This document shows positions 24,924-37,545 of a stretch of DNA of 64,000 nucleotides, piece after piece (the stretch's first letter is position 1; every line of letters starts with the position of its first letter). Both the position numbers and the translations under genes were made by a program. Source of the stretch: Carcharhinus longimanus (Eukaryota); assembly GCA_030264375.1 (NCBI GenBank), contig JASCQW010000001.1:104750475-104814474 (forward strand), written 5' to 3'. Under the pieces are notes generated by a model that worked only from the letters and a program-made list of their open reading frames with translations, did no database searches and had not been told where the DNA came from.

Positions 24924-25422
24924 TGTCTGCTGATTTGCTGTTGCAATCATTCACACATCAGAAAATGAATTTTAAAGTGTTTGTTACAGAAACTACTGTT
25001 GACAATCAAGTTTAATTGGCTTCTACAGTTGGTATGGACTTGTAAAGGCCTTTGCTTCAACAATAAAACTACCAGCTTTAATAATAACATTTATCGGTCT
25101 CCAGAAATTTAATTGGCAAAGGCATAAAGAATCTTGTGTGGATCCCTCTGGGCCAGAAAAGTGCTTGTGTAAGAGCCAAATATTTTCTTCAAAGTAATTG
25201 TGTTAGAAAAAGTCAGGTAGACCTTTAGTATCTTAAGGTGTCAATTAAATTTTTGGCCACAGAGAGACTGGAAATTAAAATAATGATGTTGCAAATATAG
25301 TACTAGTAGTATCCTGAGAATTTACTGCAAAAAATTAAATATAATTGAATAGATTCAATGTCCATAAATAAATAGCTTGAATTTCCATCACTCTGCAAAA
25401 AATATAGTAAGATGTCTCAGAA

Positions 25423-25557
25423 CACCAGGTTAAAGTGCTCCTTGGAGCAGTGCTCTGAAAGCTCGTGATTCCAAATAAACCTGTTGGACTTTAACCTGGT
25501 GTTGTGAGACTTCCTATTGTGCCCATCCCAGTCTAACATTGGCATCTCCACCTCATG
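25423..25557. mobile_element. Penelope-like palindromic repeat
   Basis: Inverted arms tctcagaacaccaggttaaagt / actttaacctggtgttgtgaga around ggagcagtgctctgaaagct. Confidence 0.65.
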
Positions 25558-25829
25558 CAAAAAAAAAGTTTTATATTGATTTATTGGGATAGTTTTGAGC
25601 CAGGCTTATGTAAAAATAGCTTGCTTTATTTCAATTTTTTCCTGTTGCAGGCTGAGGGAAATATACACAATTCAGGTGGATACTCCTACAGATATCGTTG
25701 CAGCAACACGAGAACAAGTGGCAATAACAAAATACATTGACAAAAGCAATGTGCTGTGAATGCTTGGAATCTGAAATTTGAAAACAAGAGAAAGCTGGCA
25801 GTATCTGGCTGCATCATGTGCCAAAAGCT

Positions 25830-26025
25830 TGCTGCTGTTTACATTGGCGGGATTGTACGGTCTTACCAATGGTGCACCCCCTGCTGTGGGTTTTACCAGT
25901 GACATGCATTCAATGGGTTATCCTGTTAAAAATGGCAGAACCATAACATCCCTCCACCAGCAAGTGAAGCACCATCTCCTACAACCTATGAAACACGTCA
26001 TGAAGGGGGAGGAAAACTTCACCGC
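25830..26025. mobile_element. Harbinger-type MITE (second family)
   Basis: Reverse-complement similarity to 28326-28525. Confidence 0.6.
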
Positions 26026-26044
26026 TGATTGCATTGAATGATAG

Positions 26045-26300
26045 AGGAGGCTTGGGGGACCAAATGGCCAGCTCTTGCTCCTGGTGAATGTGTGGAACTC
26101 AATAACGCAGAATGTATTTGAGGCCAAAATGTTGCCTGATTTCAAGAAGGAATCAGATATAGCCCTTGTGGGATATGGAGATGAAGGGGGAAATCAGGAT
26201 ATTGATTTTGATGACTAGCCATGATCATAATGAATGGTGAAGCACGCTCGCTTTTATTTCCTATGTTTCTATGCTCCTGCTCCTATTTCTTATGATCTTA
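26045..26300 (+). mobile_element. Stacked CR1 3' tail fragments
   Basis: aatgtgtggaactc..., cctatgtttctatg and gctcctatttcttatgatctta tails. Confidence 0.7.
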
Positions 26301-26342
26301 AACTGAGTTAACATTTCAGTTCAATGACCTTTCATCAGAACT
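26301..26342 (-). ncRNA. Minimal hammerhead ribozyme core in a Penelope-like repeat fragment
   Basis: Minus strand reads CTGATGA-A-aggtca-t-tgaact-GAAA-tgtt, i.e. CUGANGA, stem II, GAAA. Confidence 0.5.
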
Positions 26343-26434
26343 CACCTTAGTGTTTGCTTGTCTCAATCCACTTGATTCTATGGAATGATGGAAATAGAAT
26401 GTTAGTTGGTTGCACTGCAGTTCAGCACAAGAAG

Positions 26435-27900
26435 ATTTTTACAGCACAGAAAGAGGCCCTTTGGACAATCGTGTCCATCTGGCCATCAAGCACCTATCTA
26501 TTTTAATCCCTTTCTAGCCTTGTGTGTTATGGCATTTCAAATGTTCATCAAAGTGCTTCTTGAAATGTTGTAAGTAGTTGCTGCCACTACCACCCTTTCC
26601 GGCAGTGAGTTCTAGATTCCCCCGATTCTCTGGGTGAAAATATTTTTCTCACATCTATAAACCTCTGCCCCTTAACTTAAATCTATAGCTCCTGGTTATT
26701 GACCCCTCTGCTAAGAGGAAAAGTTCCTTCCAATCTACCCCATCTATGGCCCTTATGATTTTATGCACCTCAATCAGGTTCCCCCCTCAGACTGCTCTGC
26801 TCCAAGGAAAATGACCCCAGTCTCACCAATCACTCTTGATAGCTGAAAGAGTCCAGCCCAGGCAACATCCTGGTGAATCTTCTCTGCACCTTGTCCAGTG
26901 CAATCACTTCCTTCCTACAGTGTATTCCAGCTGTGGCCTAACCAGCATTTTATACAGCTCCATCATAACCTTCCTGCTCTTGCATTCAAAGCTTTGGTTA
27001 ATAAAGGCAGGTATTCTATATGCCTTCTTATCCATCTTATCTACTTATCCTGCTGTCTTCAGGGATCTGTGGACATGTGCATCAAGGTCCCTCTGATCCT
27101 CTGCGTGCTTCTTATCATTCATTGAATACTCTCTTGTCTTGTTAGTCCTTCCAAAATGCATTACCTCATACTTTTAAATTTCATTTGCCACTGTTCTGCC
27201 CAACTAATCAGCCCATCTATTTGCTCCTATAATCTGAAGCTTTACTCTTTCCTATTTTTCACATCACCAATTTTTGTATCATCTGCAAATTTATCATACC
27301 TACTACAATCACATCCAGGCCATTAATGTACACTATCCTTCATCGATCCCTGCAGTACACAACTGGACATAGGCTTCTAATCAATAAAGCAACTTCAGCC
27401 ATCACTGTCTGCCTCTTACCTACCACTAAGCCAATTTTGGATCCAGTTTGCCAAATTTCCCTGGTCCCCATAGGCTGTTAGCTTCTCCATCAGCTTCCCA
27501 AGTGGAACCTTGTCAAAAGCCTTACTGAAGTTCATGTAGCCTACATCATCTGCTTTACCCTCATCTGCACACCTAGTCACCTCCTTGAAAAATTCAATCA
27601 GATGTGTAAGACATGATCTACCTTTGACAAAACCATGCTGACTATCCTTCATTAATTCTTGCCCCCCCAAGCGGAGATTAATTCTGTCCCTCAGAACTTT
27701 TTCCAATAGTTTCCTTTTCACTGAAGTTAGACTCACCAGTGGTCTGTAATTTCCTGTTTTTTTTTTCCCTATTTCCCTTCCTGAATAATGGTGCCACATT
27801 AACAATCCTCCAGTCCTCTGGCACCTCCCTGGTGGTCAGAGAAGATTTGAAAATTATTGTCAGAGCTGCTGCAATCTCCTCCCTTGCCTCCCGCAGCAAC
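26435..27900 (-). mobile_element. CR1 LINE (RT to 3' end), decayed
   Basis: VPEDWRIVNVAPLFRKG, NYRPLVSLTS, QHGFVKGRSCLTHLIEFF, FSKAFDKVP. Confidence 0.95.
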
Positions 27901-28325
27901 CTCCCACAGCAGTGTAGGCTGGTTGATGATGCTGCTCAAGTGGCCATGGGTGGCCATTTTTACAATTGACAATTGAATGCATTTGGTCCTAAATCTACAC
28001 CAGTATTTTGGCTATTTGAAAATGTAGTCATCAAATTAAGGATGATTGACTTGCGACAATGGAGGAACTGCAATACATGTTGGAACTTGCAGCCAAATAG
28101 TTTGTTTGGTTTTGTTCTTCCTTTACTTTCTAGAAGTTTGATTCATTTACCAGGCTAATTGAATGAGCAGTTAAGGGTCAATCATTTTGGGGCTGGAATC
28201 CTCTCAGGCCAGGCTGGGTGAAGGGTGGAGGTTTTATTCCGCTAAATAGCAATATTGAACCTTTTGAGACATTTCAGCAGTTACAGGATCACTTGTACTG
28301 ATATCATTTCTCTGTTTGCAATCTT

Positions 28326-28525
28326 GGCTGGAATTCTCTGGCCTCCCAGCCACAGTAGGCAGGAGACGGCACATTATTTGCTAGCAGCGGGTTCTCTGGT
28401 TCCGCGGCTGTCAATGGAAATTTGCACTGATGTCACCCCATGCTGACGGGAAACCCACGGGCGGAGGTGCGCTGCCGATGGGATCAGAGAATCCGGCTAA
28501 TGTGAACGAATGGGGAATTCCAGCC
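28326..28525. mobile_element. Harbinger-type MITE, 200 bp
   Basis: Perfect 11-bp TIR ggctggaattc / gaattccagcc. Confidence 0.8.
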
Positions 28526-30204
28526 AACACCAATTCTCAAAGTGTCATGATGGGAATCCAAAGTCTTTGCATTAGTAATCTTGTGCATTCCATTTCTGAA
28601 CTGGAAGCTCACGTCCACGAAGAAAAGACTGACTTGAATCACTAGTGAGGAGCTGCTGTTGTGCAAGTTAAATTCAAATTCACGTTTGATTCTACACAGA
28701 CAAATTCCTGCAGTAAAATTTTAAAGTTTGCTTATTAATGTCACAAGTAAGCTTACATTGACACTGNNNNNNNNNNNNNNNNNNNNNNNNNNNNNNNNNN
28801 NNNNNNNNNNNNNNNNNNNNNNNNNNNNNNNNNNNNNNNNNNNNNNNNNNNNNNNNNNNNNNNNNNCAACTGGCTTGCTCTGAAATCACTGATGTTAGGT
28901 CCTGCAACATTAACTTCTGTAGCAGACAGACATGACTCATCTCAAGAAACCTCTGCAGATTTTCCAATCACAGATGGATCCCAATTAATGGAGTAATTCA
29001 AAATGAGAAATGAGTTTCCCAGCAGAAACCAGATAGTCCATTGTAAATAATGCAATAGCTTTTCACTGAATTAGGAATAAAGAGCTAATTAACACACATG
29101 GTGAGAGCTGAGTGTTTAATGAGTTCCAGCTCTCTAATTGCAGAAGACGGCCTATTGGATTATTCATTGCAATCGTCAAAATAAACAATGGTATGTTCGT
29201 GTTTTTCCAGGTCAATTTTAATTTGACTGTCAGAAATGTATTTGCAGCTCATTATTTTTTTTCTTCGGCTCTCTTAAGTTTAAATTCTTGAGAATATGAA
29301 ATAAACTTTTCTATGCATGTCAGCCTTTCATGTCTGATGCAGAGAATCAACATTTTGGTATAATTGCCGTGTTGCCCACTATTGCTGATGCCAATATTTC
29401 AAGAAAGAGGAACTTATATTGTTCCAAATGTGTCACTTCTTCCTGTATGACTGGGCCCCATCACTTCCTCTGAGCTACGGGAGAGCAGACTACAGTTAAT
29501 GTGACGACGTGAAAACCTTTATCTATGTGGTCCATCAATCTCCTCAAGGTGGACATTATGTTGTGGCATTCTAGTGCCGTCAAGAGATTTCAGACTTTGT
29601 TGAGAACAAAAGGTATTTAGTGATAAGAGACTTATGAAAGGAGGTTGNNNNNNNNNNGCAGCTTTAGGCTATCCTGGAGTAGAGCCCTGGTCTTTCCATG
29701 CTTACTACATGGCTGCTAGATGATTCTCCCTGAGCGAGGACTCCGCCCTCTAGTTTAATCACTCACTCTCAGTTTCCATTTGTCCTGCAAGTCAGTTGAC
29801 TCTGCTGTCTTAAAAATTCAGACACCATATACACCTGTCTCTCCAAAAAGCACCTAGAGCCTACATGGCAACTATTGAGCTTTTGCCAAAGTTGCAACAG
29901 CTGTGACATTGACTCCTGCAGAATTCCTTGAGGTGACCTGGCTTACCAGGTAGATTGTGAGATGATACCAAACCGACTTGAAGCAGATACTTTTCATACT
30001 TGCAGACATAGTTCTGAAACTTCTTGGAAGACCTTTCCAACCCCTGGTGTAATTGCTAGTGTGGGTCCAGCTAGTCACTTCTCGGTGACTGTGTGTTTCA
30101 AATGGATGGAAGATGGCACAGTGCACCTTTGTAATGGGTGGCTAATGATGTGATGGAGGGAACAATATTGTTCCTCATGCTGGAGAAGGGAGGAAAGGAT
30201 TGCT

Positions 30205-31130
30205 ATTATGGATTATTTCTCACCTATATGATGCCATTGGCAACATCATCCAAAAGCACAGCATTCGTTTTCACAAGTGTGCTGCTGATGCCAGACTTTG
30301 CCCCACCATTTCCTCCTGGCTCCTCCGCTTCCTAAATTATCGGACTGTTTTTCTGATATCCTGCATGATCAGAAATTTCCTCCAATTAAATATCAGGGAA
30401 GAATAAAGCTGATGTTTTCAGTCCTGGTCCAAACTTTGTTTCCTAGCTACTGACTCCATGCCTCTCCCTGGCAACAGACTGAGATTAAGGCTGTCTGATC
30501 ACAACCTTGATGTCATATTTGATCCTGAAATGAGTTTCCGACCTCATATTGATTTAAGAATTACATCCTCTTTTTTCTGTAAGATTGCTTATTGTGACCC
30601 CTACCTCAGCTCATCTTCTGCTGAGACTCTCATACAGGCCTTTGTACCTCCAGTCTTTGCTATTCTAATACATCCTGGCTGGTCTCCCACATTCTCCCCT
30701 CATTAAACTAGAGGCCATCCAAAACTCTGCTGCCCTTTTCTTGTCTTAGAACAAGTCCCAATCCCCTTTCATCCTGCACTCACTGACCTACATAGCCTCC
30801 CAGTCAAGCAACATCTTAATGTTAAAATTTTCGTGCTTGTTTTCAAGTACACCTAAGGCCTTGCCTCTTGCTATTTCTATAATCTGCTCCAACCCCAGAA
30901 CCTGCTGAGATATCAGCGCTCTGCTAATTCTGGTCCCTTGTGCATTCTAATGATAACATTTCCACCATTGTTTCAGTTGCCTAGGCTCCAGGCTCTGGAA
31001 TTCCCTCCATGTACCTCACTGTGTCTTTACCTCACTTTCTTCCTTTAAGACACTCCCTGAATCCTGGCTTTTGCCAAGCTTGGTCACATGACCTAATATT
31101 GCATTATGTGGTTCAGGATTTTACTTTCCA
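30205..31130 (+). mobile_element. L2-clade LINE RT/3' remnant
   Basis: LFLTYMMPL / GNIIQKHSIRFHKCAADARL (YADD region), NLDVIFDPEMSFRPHI, SAETLIQAFV, IQNSAA. Confidence 0.85.
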
Positions 31131-31307
31131 TTGAATGTGCCATAAAATATGAGTTTTTGCTGTTACAGAGAATAAAGAACTTCACTCACCTCTGCTATAT
31201 TTCTGAGGTAATTGAAACATTTTTTGCAATCTATCAGAATTCTAAGGTTGATGCTCCTGGACCTGGCATGCCCTCAACAGGCCTGGTGCACCTTGTGGGC
31301 ATAATTT

Positions 31308-31552
31308 ATTTTGATTTGATTTATATTGTCGCATGTATTGGTATACAGTGAAAAGTTTCTTGTGCGCTATACAGACAAAGCATACTGTTCATAGAGAAGG
31401 AAAGGAGGGAATGTAGTGTTACAGTCACTGCTGGCATATAAAGAAAGGTCAACTTAATATGAGGTAGGTCCATTAAAAAGTCTGATGGCAGCAGGGAAGA
31501 AGCTGTTCTTGAGTGGGTTGGTACATGACCTTAGACATTTATATCTTTCTCC
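31308..31552 (-). mobile_element. Rex1/Babar-like LINE 3' end
   Basis: Reverse complement of the 558-849 family: (gattt)n and aaaagtctgatggcagcagggaagaagctgttcttgag. Confidence 0.75.
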
Positions 31553-33199
31553 CCCATGGCATTTTTAGTAGTTGGGGTGCATTTTTTCAGGCCTCAGTCT
31601 AATAGTTCTATGAAATAGTGCTTCACACATGATAAGAATGCAAATGGAGAACTCAGGTGTACATGGTTCTTTTTATCCACTCATTTTAACAGGTAAAATG
31701 AGGTGTAGCGAGCATTAACTTCTCTGCCTTGATTCCCATTAGCACTCTCGTCATGTTAGACTTTCCACCAGGGTTGCTAATTCATATCGTCCACCCCAAG
31801 CAGATGGTGGAAGATGATCTGAATTTAAATTTTTTAATAAAATGAACAAGTAGATTAAGCCTAGTAAATCTGATATGTGAGACAATTACATCAGCACCTG
31901 GCACATGCACTGTCGTACAGGGGATTGTTATTGTATTGGAAACTGCCTTATGAAGCATTGGTCTTGATGAAAATGTCCCTATTCATTATTTGAATGTTAT
32001 TGTGTAAATCATCCAAGATTAGTTTGCAAGAATATTGTCACATTGTGGCACATAATTAATATTGTAACACATTTATAATCTTGGCAATAGAGAGATTGCA
32101 TGAAACAATAGAGTTTCTCATTACTTGATTGAATATTTTTGTACATTTTTCATCATTCTACCCTAGGTGTTCAGTTCCTTTATTATTTTTATCATATTGA
32201 ACAACTTATTGATTGAGGAAGAAGACAAATTGTTCTTTCTGCCTATCATTTAATTCATTGCCATTCCTGTGTTCTGCTGTAAATTTCACAAATTTGATTG
32301 ATATTTTTTGAATATTTAGCTTCATTCCCTCAAAGTGAACCTAATTTTGAATTTGATTTTGTTTTACTCTAATCTCAGAATCATTTGATTTTCTGCCTTT
32401 ATAATCATACAAAGTGGTTGTCCTATTCTAAGCAACATAATTAAGAAGTGTTCACATTTTGGATGGAATTTTAATGCGGGAATTTGGGCTGGAAGGTATA
32501 GAATCACGTAGGAGGATTTGAGCTGGAATCCCGATACTGGGAAAATAGAAGCAAATCACGTGGGTGGCAGGGTGGCGTCAGGGAGGTAATTTAGGACATT
32601 GAAAAGCTCATTAACTCAAATTTATATACTGCTGACTTGGTTTAAATGCAGCCTTTTGAATTAAATGAGTGGTGCACAGGGACACTGTACGATCAGAAAT
32701 CTGACTATTAGACGTGGTGGTTTAGAGGGAAGCTCTCTGACATTGTATGGAAGGTCAGCCAAAGTGGAGCTGCCTTCCATTGGAGTGCAGTCTTTGGTCA
32801 AAGGAGGAAAGAAGGCTAGCGTTCTTGCAAAGGAATGGGTCTGAGGAGTTGAGGGATGGAGTCTGGAAAAGAAAGGGCAGCTTTGAGAAACTGAGGAATA
32901 ACTGCAGATATTCCGTTCAAGGGCAGCAGCCTGTAAACGGGGTGAGTATCAAAGATGGGAATCATTTACCCAATCCTCCTGGGTCCATAAGCAAGGGAGA
33001 AAAGGCACAGAGAAATGGATTACCAGGGCCCACAGCCATCATTACCAGCACTCTGACAGAAACAGCAAGGGGTTGCAGGGCACAATTGGGCAGTAGGTGC
33101 CAGAAAAAGGCTGTAATGCATTCCAGAGTCTTCACAACACTAGTGCCAGGGAAGATTACATCTCTCCAGTGAGGTAGTCACCAGGGTCCCCATAATACA

Positions 33200-33940
33200 G
33201 CAGCAAGACCTATGTCCAATGGGACTGGATGAATGGATGCCAGTCATCTTTAAAATTACTGTGGTGCTGAATTTTTACACTTCCAGCTCATTCCAAATAT
33301 CCACCACAGGCATGTTTGGGATATCGCAGGCAGCCACAAAATACTGCTTAATGGTGGTGACCCATGCCCTGTTTAAGAGGACTGAAGAGAAATGGAAAGC
33401 CTGACAGAAAATTCTGTTGGGTTCAAGGCCAGAGCAGGGTTTCCAATCTGCAGGGTGTTATCACTTGCACACAGTAGGCCATCAAATGACCATTGACCAG
33501 ACTGTGATATTAATCAGCAGAAAGGGCTCTTATTCCATCAGTGTGAGCACAGGAAGTGAATTCTATAGGTATATATGCTTGGTTCAGCATTTATGATTCA
33601 TAGGTGCTGCGGCACTCCTAATTTCCACACTTGTTCCAGCCACCTGCACAATTCCAGGGATGGGTCTTCAGTGAAAGGAAGATCCTGTTCAGACTTGACT
33701 AATGATGCCAGTGAAGCCAAGGACTGATGCAATGCCAATCAAATGGGACTGCTCAAGCTGTGATTCTATTCTCCGGACAGTTCTGGAAGAACTGTGCAAT
33801 ATGACCCAGTGAATCAGCATTATCTTGCCTTGTGGAACCTGGTGCAGAAGAGGGGTGAGACTTCTCGCCTTGAGGGTGTGGAGGAAATGCAATCCTCCTC
33901 AGATGAAGATGATGTGGAAGAGGAGGCAGATTGTCTTCAT
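33200..33940 (+). pseudogene. PIF/Harbinger DDE transposase pseudogene (HARBI1-like family)
   Basis: MPVIFKITVVLNFYTSSSFQ...GISQAATKYC...VTHALF, then frameshifted QGVITCT, RKG and LDSSGRTVQY motifs; multiple stops; TIR-like ggatggaatttt at about 32461. Confidence 0.85.
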
Positions 33941-34457
33941 TACTGTTCACCTCCCATGATATTAGTCTCATCGCCTGAGAGTACATTTCTCTGGATCCCT
34001 AAGTCTGTACTCCAGCACCAACTCATGGGCACAACTCCAGTTCTTCAGCCACGTCAAGCAGAATGCCACTGGTCCAAGAGGTTACCTTCACCCCAATGAT
34101 CCGTAGCACTGAGTCACCAACCTTTTGCTGCCTTTTCTCTCTCCAGGGCTTTGACTGAGTCCTCAGTACTTGGAGCCTGTAAACTGCAGAGCTTTTACTG
34201 CTGGAGGCTTCTTTCTTTGCTCCTCTCTCTAGTGGTCTCTCTCCGTCGTGGTTCCTACTCATGGTCTGCTTTTCCCAGTGGCTCATTCCTTGATTCTCCT
34301 TCTCTCTCCCTCTCTGCGACATCTCCCTATCCGCTGTCCTGGGATTCTTCCTGGGTCCTGTTATGAGATTTTCCTCAGTGCAGGCACTCTGACAACCTAG
34401 CCCCGATCCAAAGAACTCACAACGCTGAACTGCACATTCACCTGCTCCTGACCCACA

Positions 34458-34760
34458 GGGGAGGCAGTGGCAGAGTGGAATCATCATTGGACTAGCAACC
34501 CAGAGACTCAGGGTAAAGCCCTGGAAGACCCGAGTTTAAATCCCACCACTGCAGATGGTGAAATTTAAATTCAATAAAAATCAGAAATTAAAGCTCTAAT
34601 GGTAACCATGAAAATATTGTCAATTGTTGTAAAAGCACGTTTGGTTCACAAATGACTTCTAGGAAATCTGTCATCTTTACCTGGTCTGGTCTACATGTGA
34701 CTCCTGCAGTAATATAGTTGACAATCAAATGCCCTCCGCTCACATCCCGTTTAAAAAAAC
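34458..34760 (+). mobile_element. tRNA-derived SINE (second family)
   Basis: ggggaggcagtggcagagtgg...ggactag...gagtttaaatcccacc head; same family as 40317 and 50578. Confidence 0.8.
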
Positions 34761-35939
34761 AGGCAGGCTGCTGGGACTTCTGAATGGAAATCAGGTAAGT
34801 TGGGATTCTTAATATAATAAATTGCTGTAATTAGCCCAGTAATCTGAAACCACAGAACAAAGTTGTTGACGCCAAACCACGTCTGTTCCTGACTGTATTA
34901 CGTGACTCCAGCTGGAGGTGTGCATATGCAGACATCAGCTGAGATCAGGATTGGGGTCAGCTGTAAGGCCCTTCTCTGGTTGGGTGGCCAGCTGACAGTC
35001 AGCGCCCTGACTCACACGTGCATGATGACCATTTGGACAATGTACTTGTACCATCTGTTGCATCATAACTCAGCTTTAACCTGGCAAGAAAGATTACCTC
35101 CAGTTTAATCATGAGGCTAGAAAGAATTTATTAGAACTTTAATTAATTGTTGTTTACATAGCAACCTCTCTGGTAGTTTAGCTTTCTGCCTTAACGGTTC
35201 TTCATCAACGTTGAAGTGATAGCAGTTTTCTGATGCACAACGATGTGGTGCTTCACTGTTCCCTCATTCCACTGAGGTCTAAAAATAAATAGCAAATTTA
35301 GCTTATGCCAGCACGATACAGGGTCTTGTATAAATAAAACTCACTGCATAAATAAAAGAACAGGAGGCAAACAGCAAGAGGCAACAGAAATTATTTAGGA
35401 GATCGGAGCAATGGAATTCAGCCTAAACCAGGATGATTGGCAATGATGCAGGCTACACATGGGCTGTGTGCAGAAAATAAGATCTATATAAACTACTTTT
35501 CTTTGTATGAATTTATTGCCGATGGAGTAACTTGAGTTTGCCTGAAGGCACTTGCATATCTGGCAGTGATGAATCTGACTCAGCTAACTGTCAGTCACAG
35601 GAAATTATCCCGTGTTTCATTGCAACTCAGGGCAAGTTGATATTTAGGCTTGGCTTTTAAATTCTCCACACACTGGGAGCGGCAGTAGCAAAGCAGGATT
35701 GGGTATGCAGTCGTGTGTCGGAATTATCCCATATATCTGTCACTGGTTTTTTTAACCCAGTCATTGTATTTCCATGTTATTGCTGAGTTTCCTGACCAAG
35801 TAGGTAGGTGACAACCTGCGTGAGTTGGTTTTGACTCCAGTATTTAAGGGAACACTCCAAACATGCAATTTAATGGACTCTGAGGTTAGGAGCAGAACAG
35901 AATGAATAGGTAAAATGGAATGCGCATGTTTCAGTGAAA

Positions 35940-36590
35940 TTTCCCAGAATGGAGGGCTGGAAGTAGCTGCGTGGGCAGATTGACCTCTGCTGATGGGAAG
36001 AAGATGGCTGCTATTGAAACACGAAAGGTGTGAATGGAAATTGCCCATAAGGTCAACAGCAGGAGTGATGCCACACTCGTGGATTCAATACCAAATTCAA
36101 TTTAATGATTTAAGTAGGGTAGGTAAGCTAAGTACAGAGACACATCCAACAATATCCTGATCATACCAACCTCCTCAGTCTGCCTTCACAAATCTACTTC
36201 CACACATTACTTCTCAGAGTAACTTACCCTGCAGCTATACTCATCACTGTCCAACTATGCACTTCTTCCCATTCCTATTTGTTTATCCACCACTGACACT
36301 AACCCTCATCTTTATTTAATGTCATGCCCCTTCTTTGTGCTTATCCTCAACACATACTCTTCATCCATCCACTTAGTACATGCTTTCACTTTTATCACGT
36401 TTGCTTTCCCCTCATGCAGAAGAGGTCACAGAACATAAAGGAGAGATAGAGAGCAGGAGGAAACCCATTTAATTGACTCGCAACTGGCAGTTGCAGAGGA
36501 GGAGGTGCTGGGCAGTGGCACAGTCTCTGCATGCTTGGCCATCAGTGATGGAGAGAGTGGGGCCTCCCAGCTTTCTGGTGCCAGAATTGA
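35940..36590 (+). pseudogene. Harbinger Myb/SANT-like gene remnant, two exons
   Basis: Exon 1 DGKKMAAIETRKV*MEIAHKVNSRS...SWIQYQIQFNDLSRV ends near gtaggtaag; exon 2 follows ccctcatgcag (KRSQNIKER*RAGG...AEEEVL). Confidence 0.7.
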
Positions 36591-37238
36591 ATATTAGTCA
36601 CATGGCTGGCAGCATTCACTCATGTTCACTTGATGCCAACAGACAATTTGCATAATGTATTCCTCAAGAGGATGACGGCTCCTCAGAGAAGCTTGCTCCC
36701 TTTGAGGGTGCAACATCACAAGACTTACATACATTTCTGAGCTGATGCATTGTTGATATATCAGTGAGATCAGCAAGAAAGGTAGTTGCTTTATCATCTG
36801 GTGACCCACACATTACAAGGGTGAGGACAGATCATGAAGACAGGAATAACAATGGGGAGTTTATGCCTATGACATCATGTCACTCTTGCCTGGGATGAGC
36901 TCCTCCAATCTCTGTGCAAGCAGTATAGTGAAGCCTGGATAACCGCCTGTCTATCACAAACTTTGCTACTTCTCCAGAGTACACTCTTCTTCAATGGCCA
37001 ACGGTGTTCAACATCTGTGTCCAGCTGAGCAGAGCTTAGAGCATCCTGCAGCTTCTGGTCTTTGTAATGATTCTCTGTCCATGGAAAGAATGGCAAGCAA
37101 ATGAGTGCCTGCACCTTCTCATCAATGGTTTGCACACAGAGTGCCAGCTTAAATAGAATTCACGATATATTAACATTGGCTGTTGTTGGTACCATTGATG
37201 GTGCTATGATGGTACGTGGGTGACATAGTGGCTCAGAA

Positions 37239-37545
37239 GGACAGCACAGTGGCATAGTGGTTAGCACTGCTGCCTCACAGTGCCAGGGATCCAGGTTCTA
37301 TTCCGGTATTGGGTGACTGTGCAAACTCCACACAGATATTCTCTCCATGTCTGTGTGGATTTCCTCCAGGTGCTCCAGTTTCCTCCCACAATCCAAAGGT
37401 ATGTGGTTTAGATTAGCCATGGAAAATACATAGAGTTACGGGGATAGGTGGAGGTAAGTGGGCCTCAGTAAGATGCTCTTCGGAGAGTTGGCGCAGACTC
37501 AACGGGCCAAATGGCCTCTTTCTGCACGTAGGGATTCTTTGATTT
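37239..37545 (+). mobile_element. HE1/V-SINE, full length
   Basis: A box tggcatagtgg, B box ggttctattcc, CR1-derived tail. Confidence 0.9.

Noticed and set aside
25651-25760. Strong acceptor followed by the open frame LREIYTIQVDTPTDIVAATREQVAITKYIDK
   Set aside because: There is no convincing donor, the frame runs into a Penelope-like repeat and a stop, and I recognise no homologue.
37239-37320. tRNA-like A and B boxes here and in the other SINE heads
   Set aside because: They continue into SINE cores and tails and do not form complete cloverleaves, so they are not tRNA genes.
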